A DNA stretch of 64,000 nucleotides from the IMG/VR virus record IMGVR_UViG_3300032236_000747, positions 290,681-354,680 of that record; one strand, given 5' to 3'. Position numbers and translations under genes: made by a program. The notes below the pieces were generated by a model. The model was not told the DNA's origin, did no database searches, and worked only from the letters and a program-made list of their open reading frames with translations. How positions within the stretch are numbered: position 1 is the stretch's first letter; each line of letters begins with the position of its first letter. Positions 46,442 through 53,849 of the stretch are shown one piece after another.

Positions 46442-47461
46442 ATGTCAAAACAATATAACACTCTAGTCCTCATCGGACGTTTTCAACCCTTACACAATGC
46501 TCACCTTGAGATTATCAAGCGAGCCACAGCACTTACAGATGAACTAGTTATCATCGCTGGTAGCGCAAACCAACCACGTACTTATAAGAACCCGTTTACG
46601 TTTGATGAGCGTGTTGCAATGATCAAGGCTGCTACTAGCGGTTTAGCAATGCGGGTCCATGTTGAATCTAACATTGATACTATCTATAATGATCAAGCAT
46701 GGGCAGTTCGTATCCAAAGCATTGTTAGCAAGTACCGTGTCCTAGGTGGTCGTACTGCTGTTATCGGTCATAAGAAAGATGCTAGCTCATTCTACTTGGA
46801 TATGTTCCCCCAATGGGAATACGTAGATGTAGAAAAGATCGAGCCACTGGGTGCCACTGACATCCGAGACTTGTACTTCAAACAAAGTTTCAACAGCAAC
46901 TTTATTAAGAATGTTGTTCCAACTACTACCTACGACTTCTTAATGGAATTCCGCCAAACCGAAGAGTTCCAACAAATCATTCGTGAGCGTGAGTTCGTCG
47001 AAACCTACAAGAAGCAGTATGCTAGTTTGCCATATCCTCCAATCTTCAGTACTGCTGACGCTGTTGTTATTCAAAGCGGCCACGTGCTAATGATTAAACG
47101 TAGAGCAGAGCCAGGTAAGGGCCTGTGGGCATTGCCAGGTGGTTACGTTAACGCTAACACAGACCGTACAGTAGAAGATGCCGCTATCCGTGAACTCCGT
47201 GAGGAAACAATGATTAAGGTGCCTGCGCCTGTACTGCGTGGCAACATTGTTCGCAGTAAAGTATTTGATGCTATTGACCGTAGCCCACGTGGACGCATTA
47301 TTACACACGCCTTCTTTATCCAACTGCCAGATGGTGAGTTGCCTCGAGTAAAAGGTAGCGACGATGCTGAGAAAGCACGTTGGGTTCCGATCGCAGAGGT
47401 CAAATCAGAGGAATGCTTTGAAGACCACTACGAAATCATTCAACACTTTCTTGGAGCATAA
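46442..47461 (+). CDS. natV: Bifunctional NMN adenylyltransferase / Nudix ADP-ribose pyrophosphatase (NadM-Nudix)
   Basis: GRFQPLHNAH (HxGH-like), GSAN..KNPF, GATDIR; Nudix box GGYV..EDAAIRELREETM. Confidence 0.95.
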   Translation: MSKQYNTLVLIGRFQPLHNAHLEIIKRATALTDELVIIAGSANQPRTYKNPFTFDERVAMIKAATSGLAMRVHVESNIDTIYNDQAWAVRIQSIVSKYRVLGGRTAVIGHKKDASSFYLDMFPQWEYVDVEKIEPLGATDIRDLYFKQSFNSNFIKNVVPTTTYDFLMEFRQTEEFQQIIREREFVETYKKQYASLPYPPIFSTADAVVIQSGHVLMIKRRAEPGKGLWALPGGYVNANTDRTVEDAAIRELREETMIKVPAPVLRGNIVRSKVFDAIDRSPRGRIITHAFFIQLPDGELPRVKGSDDAEKARWVPIAEVKSEECFEDHYEIIQHFLGA

Positions 47462-47462
47462 T

Positions 47463-47792
47463 ATGAACTGGAAAGTTAAAATCAAGCTAGATGATATTAC
47501 ATACGGTCCTAAAGATGAAGAACTCGACGAGCTGACTGTAATGACCTTTGCTCATGAACTTATGAAGCAAGGCTATCGCAAGACCAGTAATGCCTACTGC
47601 ATGGTTAGTCGCATTGATCGTAAAGATTGGGTAGAAGTTATGGCTAAAGAGCGTCACTGTAGTGTAGCAGACTTTTACAATCTAGACGGTAGCGGAATAA
47701 GAGACAGCCACCGTGATCATTATATTCGTTGTTTCAGCAACGACACACTAACTGTGCATCCGTTGATTCACAGAAAAATGAAAGGTTATTAA
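47463..47792 (+). CDS. Hypothetical protein
   Basis: ATG after GGAG; 109 aa. Confidence 0.7.
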   Translation: MNWKVKIKLDDITYGPKDEELDELTVMTFAHELMKQGYRKTSNAYCMVSRIDRKDWVEVMAKERHCSVADFYNLDGSGIRDSHRDHYIRCFSNDTLTVHPLIHRKMKGY

Positions 47793-47943
47793 AATGAAAG
47801 ATAAGATAGACATAGCGGTTTTTATCTGTTTATTTGTAGCTCTCTATGTTAACCTAACAAGTATTCCTAAGAAAGAATATCCTCGAGAAGTGCGTGGAGC
47901 ATTGATAAGATTAGAAACAAAATGAAAGGTTATTAAAATGAAA
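47775..47943 (+). repeat. Pair of 25-bp direct repeats (47775-47799, 47919-47943) flanking a 43-aa ORF
   Basis: AAAATGAAAGGTTATTAAAATGAAA twice. Confidence 0.9.
47794..47925 (+). CDS. Small membrane protein (43 aa)
   Basis: MKDKIDIAVFICLFVALYVNLTSIPKK... Confidence 0.55.
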   Translation: MKDKIDIAVFICLFVALYVNLTSIPKKEYPREVRGALIRLETK

Positions 47944-48129
47944 TTTATTTTAGTTGCGTATTTGATATCAGGCGTACCTAGTACAGGAATGTCTATTAAC
48001 TGGGAAGTCAAGGGTGATTATGACACAAGGGCTGAATGTATCTACGCAAGATCACAGTTGATTAAATCTGTTCAAACAGGACCTAAGAAAAAATACGAAT
48101 GCCACGCCATGGAGGTAAGTGTAGAATGA
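47938..48129 (+). CDS. Small hypothetical protein with two Cys
   Basis: 63 aa; hydrophobic N-terminus. Confidence 0.6.
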   Translation: MKFILVAYLISGVPSTGMSINWEVKGDYDTRAECIYARSQLIKSVQTGPKKKYECHAMEVSVE

Positions 48130-48605
48130 CACTAAAGCACACAAAAGGTAATCTCCTCAACCTAGCAGAAGCAGGCGAGTTTGATGTTGTGGTACAAGGC
48201 TGTAATTGCTTTAACACAATGGGTGGTGGTATTGCTCGAGAGATTCGCGAACGCTATCCTCATGTAGCCGCAGTAGACAGCAAAACTGTTCGCGGTGACT
48301 ACAACAAGTTAGGCACGTGGACCAGTGAAAATGTTATTGTAAAAAATGGTACAGTTACATTTGATATTATCAACGCCTACACTCAATACAATATGAGTAC
48401 AGGTGAAGATGTATTTGAGTATACTGCTTTCTTGTTGATTCTAGAAAAACTTTTATACGCTCACGGCGATAAACGAATTGGCTTGCCATACATTGGTATG
48501 GGACTAGCAGGTGGTGATCGAGAAACGATCATTCCGATGATTGAGGAATTTGCCTACCGTGTTGCTGATAAAGGTGGTACAGTCACTTTGGTAGAATTTG
48601 GTTGA
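48126..48605 (+). CDS. Macrodomain (ADP-ribose binding/hydrolase) protein
   Basis: KGNLL..DVVVQGCNCFNTMGGGIA..IINAYTQ..LPYIGMGLAGG; ATGA-coupled start. Confidence 0.9.
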   Translation: MTLKHTKGNLLNLAEAGEFDVVVQGCNCFNTMGGGIAREIRERYPHVAAVDSKTVRGDYNKLGTWTSENVIVKNGTVTFDIINAYTQYNMSTGEDVFEYTAFLLILEKLLYAHGDKRIGLPYIGMGLAGGDRETIIPMIEEFAYRVADKGGTVTLVEFG

Positions 48606-48659
48606 CACAATAATGATGTTGTGTTATGCTGATAACAAGTCCACTAGATAGACTGGTGG
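48602..48659 (+). promoter_or_regulatory. Sigma70 promoter plus GAUAGAC-loop leader hairpin
   Basis: TTGACA-N17-TATGCT with TG extension; ACACAA-N8-TTGTGT palindrome; CCACTAG-ATAGA-CTGGTGG. Confidence 0.75.
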
Positions 48660-48683
48660 CATTTTAAATAAAGGAACTTTATT

Positions 48684-50081
48684 ATGAAACTCGCAAAAAA
48701 CATTATTCTGAACACTGACTCATACAAAGTGAGCATGTTCAAACAATACCCAGCAGGTACTACAGGTGTATATTCTTACATTGAATCACGAGGCGGACGT
48801 TACGATCAGACAGTATTCTTCGGACTCCAAGCGTTCATTAAAGAGTACTTACTCGACCCCATCACACAGGCAGACATTGATGTGGCTGACGAAATCCTTA
48901 CCGCGCACGGTGAGCCTTTCAACCGAGCAGGATGGCAATACATTCTTGACAAGCACAATGGACGCCTCCCAGTTGTCATTCGGGCCGTCCCTGAAGGAAC
49001 ACTTGTACCTGTCAAAAACGTACTCGCTACTATTGAAAACACTGACCCAGAATGCTTCTGGTTAACTACTTGGCTTGAAACAGCCTTGCTTCGTGCTATT
49101 TGGTATCCTACCACAGTAGCTACTCAATCTTACACAATCAAGAAAGTTATTCTTGACTATTTGGAGAAAACAGGTGAAACTAGTACAATCAATTTTAAAC
49201 TGCACGATTTCGGTGCTCGTGGTGTATCTAGCTTTGAGTCAGCGGGCATCGGAGGCGCAGCACACTTGGTTAACTTCATGGGTAGTGATACTATTTCTGG
49301 TGTTCTTTATGCTCGTGAATACTATGATGCTGGGATTGCAGGTTTTAGTATCCCTGCCGCCGAGCACTCAACAATCACTAGTTGGGGCCGTGCTGGTGAA
49401 GTCGATGCCTACAGAAACATGCTCAAACAGTTTGGACGAGAAGGATCAATCTTCGCAGTTGTCTCCGACAGTTACGACATTTTCAATGCCGCAAGCAAAC
49501 TCTGGGGTGAAGAACTCCGAGATGAAGTAATCGCTAGCGGAGCAACAGTTGTTATTCGACCAGACAGCGGTGATCCTGTTACTGTTAACCGTCAGTTGAT
49601 TGCTATCTTAGATCAAAAGTTTGGACACACAGTTAACAGCAAAGGATTCAAAGTCCTTAACAATGTTCGCCTCATTCAAGGAGATGGTGTAAATGAACTT
49701 ACTATTCGCGGGATTCTGGGTGCTTTTATGGCTCTTGGGTATAGTGCTGATAATATTGCTTTTGGCATGGGTGGAGCGTTGTTGCAAATCGTGGACCGCG
49801 ACACACAACGATTCGCAATGAAGTGCAGTTCCATGCAAGTGGGCGATAAGTGGGTAGATGTACAAAAAGATCCAATCACTGACGCCGGTAAGAAGTCTAA
49901 AGCAGGTAGTGTAACTCTTTGGGAGAGCGGTGGAGAATGGGTAAGTGCTGTTGATCAACCAAAAGGTTGGACAGATAAAGGATTTGGCCCATTCACCGAA
50001 ATGCTTGAAGAAGTTTACCGTGATGGTCGCCTAATCAAAGAAATTACTTTTGACCAGGTTCGGGCAAACAGCAATAAATAA
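48684..50081 (+). CDS. nadV: Nicotinamide phosphoribosyltransferase (NAMPT)
   Basis: TDSYKVS, LHDFGARG, IPAAEHSTIT, VVSDSYD, VVIRPDSGDP, LIQGDGV motifs. Confidence 0.97.
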   Translation: MKLAKNIILNTDSYKVSMFKQYPAGTTGVYSYIESRGGRYDQTVFFGLQAFIKEYLLDPITQADIDVADEILTAHGEPFNRAGWQYILDKHNGRLPVVIRAVPEGTLVPVKNVLATIENTDPECFWLTTWLETALLRAIWYPTTVATQSYTIKKVILDYLEKTGETSTINFKLHDFGARGVSSFESAGIGGAAHLVNFMGSDTISGVLYAREYYDAGIAGFSIPAAEHSTITSWGRAGEVDAYRNMLKQFGREGSIFAVVSDSYDIFNAASKLWGEELRDEVIASGATVVIRPDSGDPVTVNRQLIAILDQKFGHTVNSKGFKVLNNVRLIQGDGVNELTIRGILGAFMALGYSADNIAFGMGGALLQIVDRDTQRFAMKCSSMQVGDKWVDVQKDPITDAGKKSKAGSVTLWESGGEWVSAVDQPKGWTDKGFGPFTEMLEEVYRDGRLIKEITFDQVRANSNK

Positions 50082-50086
50082 TTTGC

Positions 50087-50115
50087 TTGACAAGCGTCAC
50101 TATAAGTTGTATACT
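50087..50115 (+). promoter_or_regulatory. Sigma70 promoter
   Basis: TTGACA-N17-TATACT. Confidence 0.85.
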
Positions 50116-50167
50116 CAACACAGTGACGTAAGTCATTTATTTTAATATATTAAAAGGAAACTTAAAA

Positions 50168-50620
50168 ATGAAAAAAATCGCATTCGCAACAATCTTGGCT
50201 GTAGCAGCAATGGCAGCATCAGCGGTTGAAGTTGGTGTAGTTGGCGTTGAACAAACAACTCCAAACCCAAATCGTTATGGTTATGGTGTTACTGTTGGTG
50301 AGAACTTCGGTGCTTACAATGTAACAGCAGGTGTTAGCCGTTTCATCCGTGAAGCAAATGACCAAACTCGTGTTACCCTAGTTGGTAGCAAAGAAGTTGC
50401 TAAGTTGGGCCCAGTTGCAGTCAGCGGTCGCGTTGGCTATGCTTACTTGAATAACCGTACAGGTGATGATGGTTCAGCATTAACAGTTGGTGTTGGAGCA
50501 AGTGTTCCAGTTACAAAGACTGTAGCAGTTGGCGTAAGCGTTGATCGTCAATACGGCCAAAACCGTGTTAGCTCATTTGACGGTAACGTTGTAACAGCTG
50601 GTGTTAAAGTAGGATTCTAA
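50168..50620 (+). CDS. Outer-membrane beta-barrel protein (8-stranded, Ail/Lom/OmpA-like)
   Basis: Signal peptide, alternating beta strands, C-terminal VKVGF BAM signal. Confidence 0.8.
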   Translation: MKKIAFATILAVAAMAASAVEVGVVGVEQTTPNPNRYGYGVTVGENFGAYNVTAGVSRFIREANDQTRVTLVGSKEVAKLGPVAVSGRVGYAYLNNRTGDDGSALTVGVGASVPVTKTVAVGVSVDRQYGQNRVSSFDGNVVTAGVKVGF

Positions 50621-50637
50621 TCCACGATTTAATTAGC

Positions 50638-50659
50638 AGAGGCTCTTCGGAGCCTTTTT
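50638..50659 (+). terminator. Rho-independent terminator
   Basis: AGGCTC-TTCG-GAGCCT plus T-tract. Confidence 0.85.
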
Positions 50660-50674
50660 ATTTGAAAGACTATA

Positions 50675-50923
50675 ATGACCTACGCTGAATATTTCGACCT
50701 AGTAACCTATAAAGCAACATATCACCTAGGTGATAGAATCATAGGTAAGCATAATGGTATTCCATTTGTAGGCACTGTTGGCAATGATAGACAACTTAAT
50801 CCAACGGAAGGTCCACGTATTAGTGTTCATTTAGATTTGCCATTAAAGGTTGACGGAACAGTTAAATGTGTTATACTAGTTAAACACAAAGATGTTAAAC
50901 GTCTTAAAGAATTAAGCGTCTGA
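50675..50923 (+). CDS. Hypothetical SH3-like small protein
   Basis: 82 aa; last 8 nt overlap tRNA 5' end. Confidence 0.6.
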   Translation: MTYAEYFDLVTYKATYHLGDRIIGKHNGIPFVGTVGNDRQLNPTEGPRISVHLDLPLKVDGTVKCVILVKHKDVKRLKELSV

Positions 50924-50990
50924 GGCTAAGTGGTATTGCAAGGGCTTCTAAAACCCGAGACAGCAGGTTCGAACCCTGTCAGGCGCACCA
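50916..50990 (+). tRNA. tRNA with CUA anticodon (amber suppressor-like)
   Basis: 75 nt; GCGTCTG/CAGGCGC-ACCA acceptor; D-loop AGTGGTA; loop TTCTAAA; T-loop TTCGAAC; anticodon stem only 3 WC pairs. Confidence 0.75.
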
Positions 50991-51005
50991 AACAAAAGAA
51001 AAAAT

Positions 51006-51299
51006 ATGAATGTAACTGTAATGGGTGATCGTGTATTGATCAAACGAGTTGTTAATGAAGCTAAAACAACAGGCGGTATTATTTTCTCCTGGAATGGTGA
51101 AGATAAAACCAGCGAAGGGATTGTAATGGAAGTTGGTCCTGGCCATAAGACTGACGAAGATATTATTATTCCTACAGGTGTTGAAGTTGGAGACAGAGTT
51201 CTCTATAATGTCACAGCTGGTGTACCAGTAAAGGTAGACGGCGAGGATATGACTATGTTAAAAGCAGAAGATATCTACGCTGTAGTTGGAGAAGAGTAA
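51006..51299 (+). CDS. groES: Co-chaperonin GroES
   Basis: GDRVLIKR..TTGGII..VMEVGPG..VGDRVLY. Confidence 0.93.
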   Translation: MNVTVMGDRVLIKRVVNEAKTTGGIIFSWNGEDKTSEGIVMEVGPGHKTDEDIIIPTGVEVGDRVLYNVTAGVPVKVDGEDMTMLKAEDIYAVVGEE

Positions 51300-51325
51300 A
51301 AATGGAAAATCCAAGGAGAAACGCA

Positions 51326-51685
51326 ATGCGTAGTGTAAAAGTAAACAAAAAAGAGTTAATGACTATTCTAGCAGACAATAAAAAGAAACATGTCAAAGAG
51401 TTTGAAGAAGCAGTCAAAGATTATAAAAAGGCCGCCCTTAAGGTAGCCAAGGAACACGTAGAACTAGCCAAGACAGGCGAGCTAGATAAGATTGCTAAGA
51501 TCCGTAGTATGCCAAACGGGCCTATAAGCTATGAAGACAGCTATAATCGTGCTATCCGTATGATGGAACTAAGCGTAGACGAAGTCATCGAACTTGAAGA
51601 ACAGATCTTTAATCAGCTGGTCCTTGATGAGTGGATGTGGAAGCAGGCATTTGTCGCTTCTGCTAGTTTGTATAAAACAATTTAA
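51326..51685 (+). CDS. Hypothetical helical protein
   Basis: AAGGAG RBS places the start at 51326. Confidence 0.7.
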   Translation: MRSVKVNKKELMTILADNKKKHVKEFEEAVKDYKKAALKVAKEHVELAKTGELDKIAKIRSMPNGPISYEDSYNRAIRMMELSVDEVIELEEQIFNQLVLDEWMWKQAFVASASLYKTI

Positions 51686-51763
51686 AGAACCTGGGTTTGA
51701 CAGTTTTTCCTGCACCCCCTAAAAACTGTCACTAAATATATTGTCAACTAAGGAGAAACTAAA

Positions 51764-52336
51764 ATGACAAAATCGTAGATTGAATATAGTTGTAAGGACC
51801 TAGTGTTCCATTTTAACAAAAAACATCTAGAAGATCCGACCATACCTATGTGGGTCGTTAAAGCACATGGCGTCACGTTCTACGTCAATCACGTAACAGC
51901 AGATATGCCTTGGAGTACCAAAGAAACTCCTGACAATGATAAAACCAAAGGCAGTATCAAGTTCCAGAAATGTAAACTAGTCATTGACGATGATAACTGT
52001 GCTACTATCTCTAAGTTAGGTGTACTTGAATCTCTTACCTTAGATCATCCCAGAGTAGTACACGCTCGTATCATGGCTGCTAATGGCGGAAAGTTTCACT
52101 GTGCTTTAAAGCTAGGCGAGTTCAAGCACAGCAAAATCAAATTCATCCAAGGCGCTTGTAGTAGTGGGTATATTATCTGCGACTTACTTGAACCTAAAGA
52201 GATTACTATGGCTAGTTTAAAGTATACTCGTGACTTCCGTATATTAAGTGCCAACGAAGTATACTACAAGGAATATGCCAAGACTGGGGATTTTATCGAC
52301 GAAGATGCCTTGTGGGATGAAGACGAAGATGATTAA
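51764..52336 (+). CDS. Hypothetical protein with in-frame TAG at codon 5 (readthrough candidate; code-11 alternative start GTG 51803)
   Basis: TAAATA 51733, AAGGAG-N8-ATG ACA AAA TCG TAG ATT GAA..., in frame with ORF 51803-52336. Confidence 0.65.
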
Positions 52337-52443
52337 TAGTTTGCCTATTACAGGCATTGAAAAATACAATAGCTTTTTCCTATAAAATCGTTGATTTCAT
52401 TAGTAAATACTATTATAATATAACTTTACAAGGAGAGACACAC

Positions 52444-52893
52444 ATGTCTATTACAATAAAAAATCTCGAAAGCGCACTTGCTGGTGAGTCACAAGCTCAC
52501 ATCAAGTACCGTTACTTTGCCAAACTAGCAAGAGCAGAGGGCCATGAAGAAGTTGCTAAACACTTTGAACACACAGCGGACCAAGAGTTGCTACACGCAT
52601 GGGGGCATTTAGAGTTGCTTATCGGTAAGCCAACAACTAAAGAGTGTTTGGAAAAAGCCATTGAAGGTGAAACATACGAGTTTACCGAAATGTATCCAAA
52701 GATGGAAGAAGAAGCCGAACTCGAAGGCAACGACGAAGCATTGCTCGAAGCACGTCTTCAAACAGCAGAAAGCAAAGAACACGCAGAGCAATTTGCCCAA
52801 GTTCTAGCCAAAGCTGAAAAACGTTTTGCAGCATTGACCAAGGTCGAGAAGAGACACGCATTAGCATATCAACAAGTAAAGGAGACACTATAA
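52444..52893 (+). CDS. rbr: Rubrerythrin (ferritin-like di-iron domain)
   Basis: AGESQAHIKY, QELLHA, GETYEFTEMYP, EHA motifs; AAGGAG RBS. Confidence 0.92.
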   Translation: MSITIKNLESALAGESQAHIKYRYFAKLARAEGHEEVAKHFEHTADQELLHAWGHLELLIGKPTTKECLEKAIEGETYEFTEMYPKMEEEAELEGNDEALLEARLQTAESKEHAEQFAQVLAKAEKRFAALTKVEKRHALAYQQVKETL

Positions 52894-53024
52894 TGGATCG
52901 CATTTGTATTGTATGTGGACACGTTCACGATGAAGAACTAGAAGGTAAGTGGGAAGAACTAGCAGAAACATTTGAATGTCCAGAATGTGGTGTGGGCAAA
53001 GAAGACTACGTGTTAATGGAATAA
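52893..53024 (+). CDS. Rubredoxin (43 aa, not in ORF track)
   Basis: CIVCGHVHDE...WEEL..TFECPECGVGKEDY. Confidence 0.92.
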   Translation: MDRICIVCGHVHDEELEGKWEELAETFECPECGVGKEDYVLME

Positions 53025-53048
53025 TATCTTATATTATTATTGGTAAAG

Positions 53049-53095
53049 AAATGGTAAACTTGTCTCTTGACAGTTTACCATTTTTCGTTTATAAT
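53049..53095 (+). promoter_or_regulatory. Terminator-like 12-bp inverted repeat overlapping a sigma70 promoter
   Basis: AAATGGTAAACT/AGTTTACCATTT plus T-tract; TTGACA 53067-N17-TATAAT 53090. Confidence 0.7.
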
Positions 53096-53116
53096 AATAC
53101 AAAGGAGAGATAGTTT

Positions 53117-53449
53117 ATGTCATCTAATAAAACAATCGAAAGTCTAATGGAGTTTTGTAAAAAGAATTCCGGTGACGAGCAGATTTGGTCCGGCAAGAGT
53201 GGTACATACTTTTGGAACACAGGTAAGACAACAGCAGATATGGTACTTAACGGTGTAGTACGAAAGTTAGCAGGCATCGACGCAAGCGGCAGGAAGATTT
53301 GGACTGTAGCAGGTTCATTCAAGATTGCAGAAAATGGCACTATTCTACGTTTTACAGGTCTTGCTAAAAAAGATCAAGTAACCATTGCCCGTGTTGGTCA
53401 AATCAAAGTTGAAGCTAAAGCCACTGTAGCAGAAACAGCCCTAGTATGA
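53117..53449 (+). CDS. Hypothetical protein
   Basis: AAGGAG RBS, 110 aa. Confidence 0.7.
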   Translation: MSSNKTIESLMEFCKKNSGDEQIWSGKSGTYFWNTGKTTADMVLNGVVRKLAGIDASGRKIWTVAGSFKIAENGTILRFTGLAKKDQVTIARVGQIKVEAKATVAETALV

Positions 53450-53841
53450 GTATGCATCTACATCACCCATCCTTGTCTTATAATGGTAAGAAAAAAGGCA
53501 AGCAAAAGTTCCGCAATGCTGACGAGGCCGCAAGATCACGCGAGCTCGATGCTAGCTGGAAAGAAATGCAAAAGAAATGGGGAGTTGAAGCAGAAGAAAA
53601 GAAACGTAGTCGAGCAATGAATGCTGAACCGTTGACCTATAAGTTATCTGTTCCAGCTGGTCGTGCAACTAACTCTGCTATCCCTAGTAGAGACACAGGG
53701 CACCTTGGCACAGTTCGTTCTAAGGACATTCCTAAATACACCGGTACCAAAGTTATCGGTATCGGTACTATGCATAAATCAAACGCAGTACCTATCTTCA
53801 GCGATGAGGAAGCTATAGATATCAGTAAGATGCGACGATAA
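53446..53841 (+). CDS. Conserved T4-like phage hypothetical protein
   Basis: YTGTKVIGIGTMHKSNAVPIF motif. Confidence 0.7.
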   Translation: MSMHLHHPSLSYNGKKKGKQKFRNADEAARSRELDASWKEMQKKWGVEAEEKKRSRAMNAEPLTYKLSVPAGRATNSAIPSRDTGHLGTVRSKDIPKYTGTKVIGIGTMHKSNAVPIFSDEEAIDISKMRR

Positions 53842-53849
53842 ATATCCCT

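Noticed and set aside
50941-50957. Reading the tRNA as Arg(UCU)
   Set aside because: Placing CUUCUAA as the loop leaves at most one anticodon-stem pair; the register with three G-C pairs centres CUA
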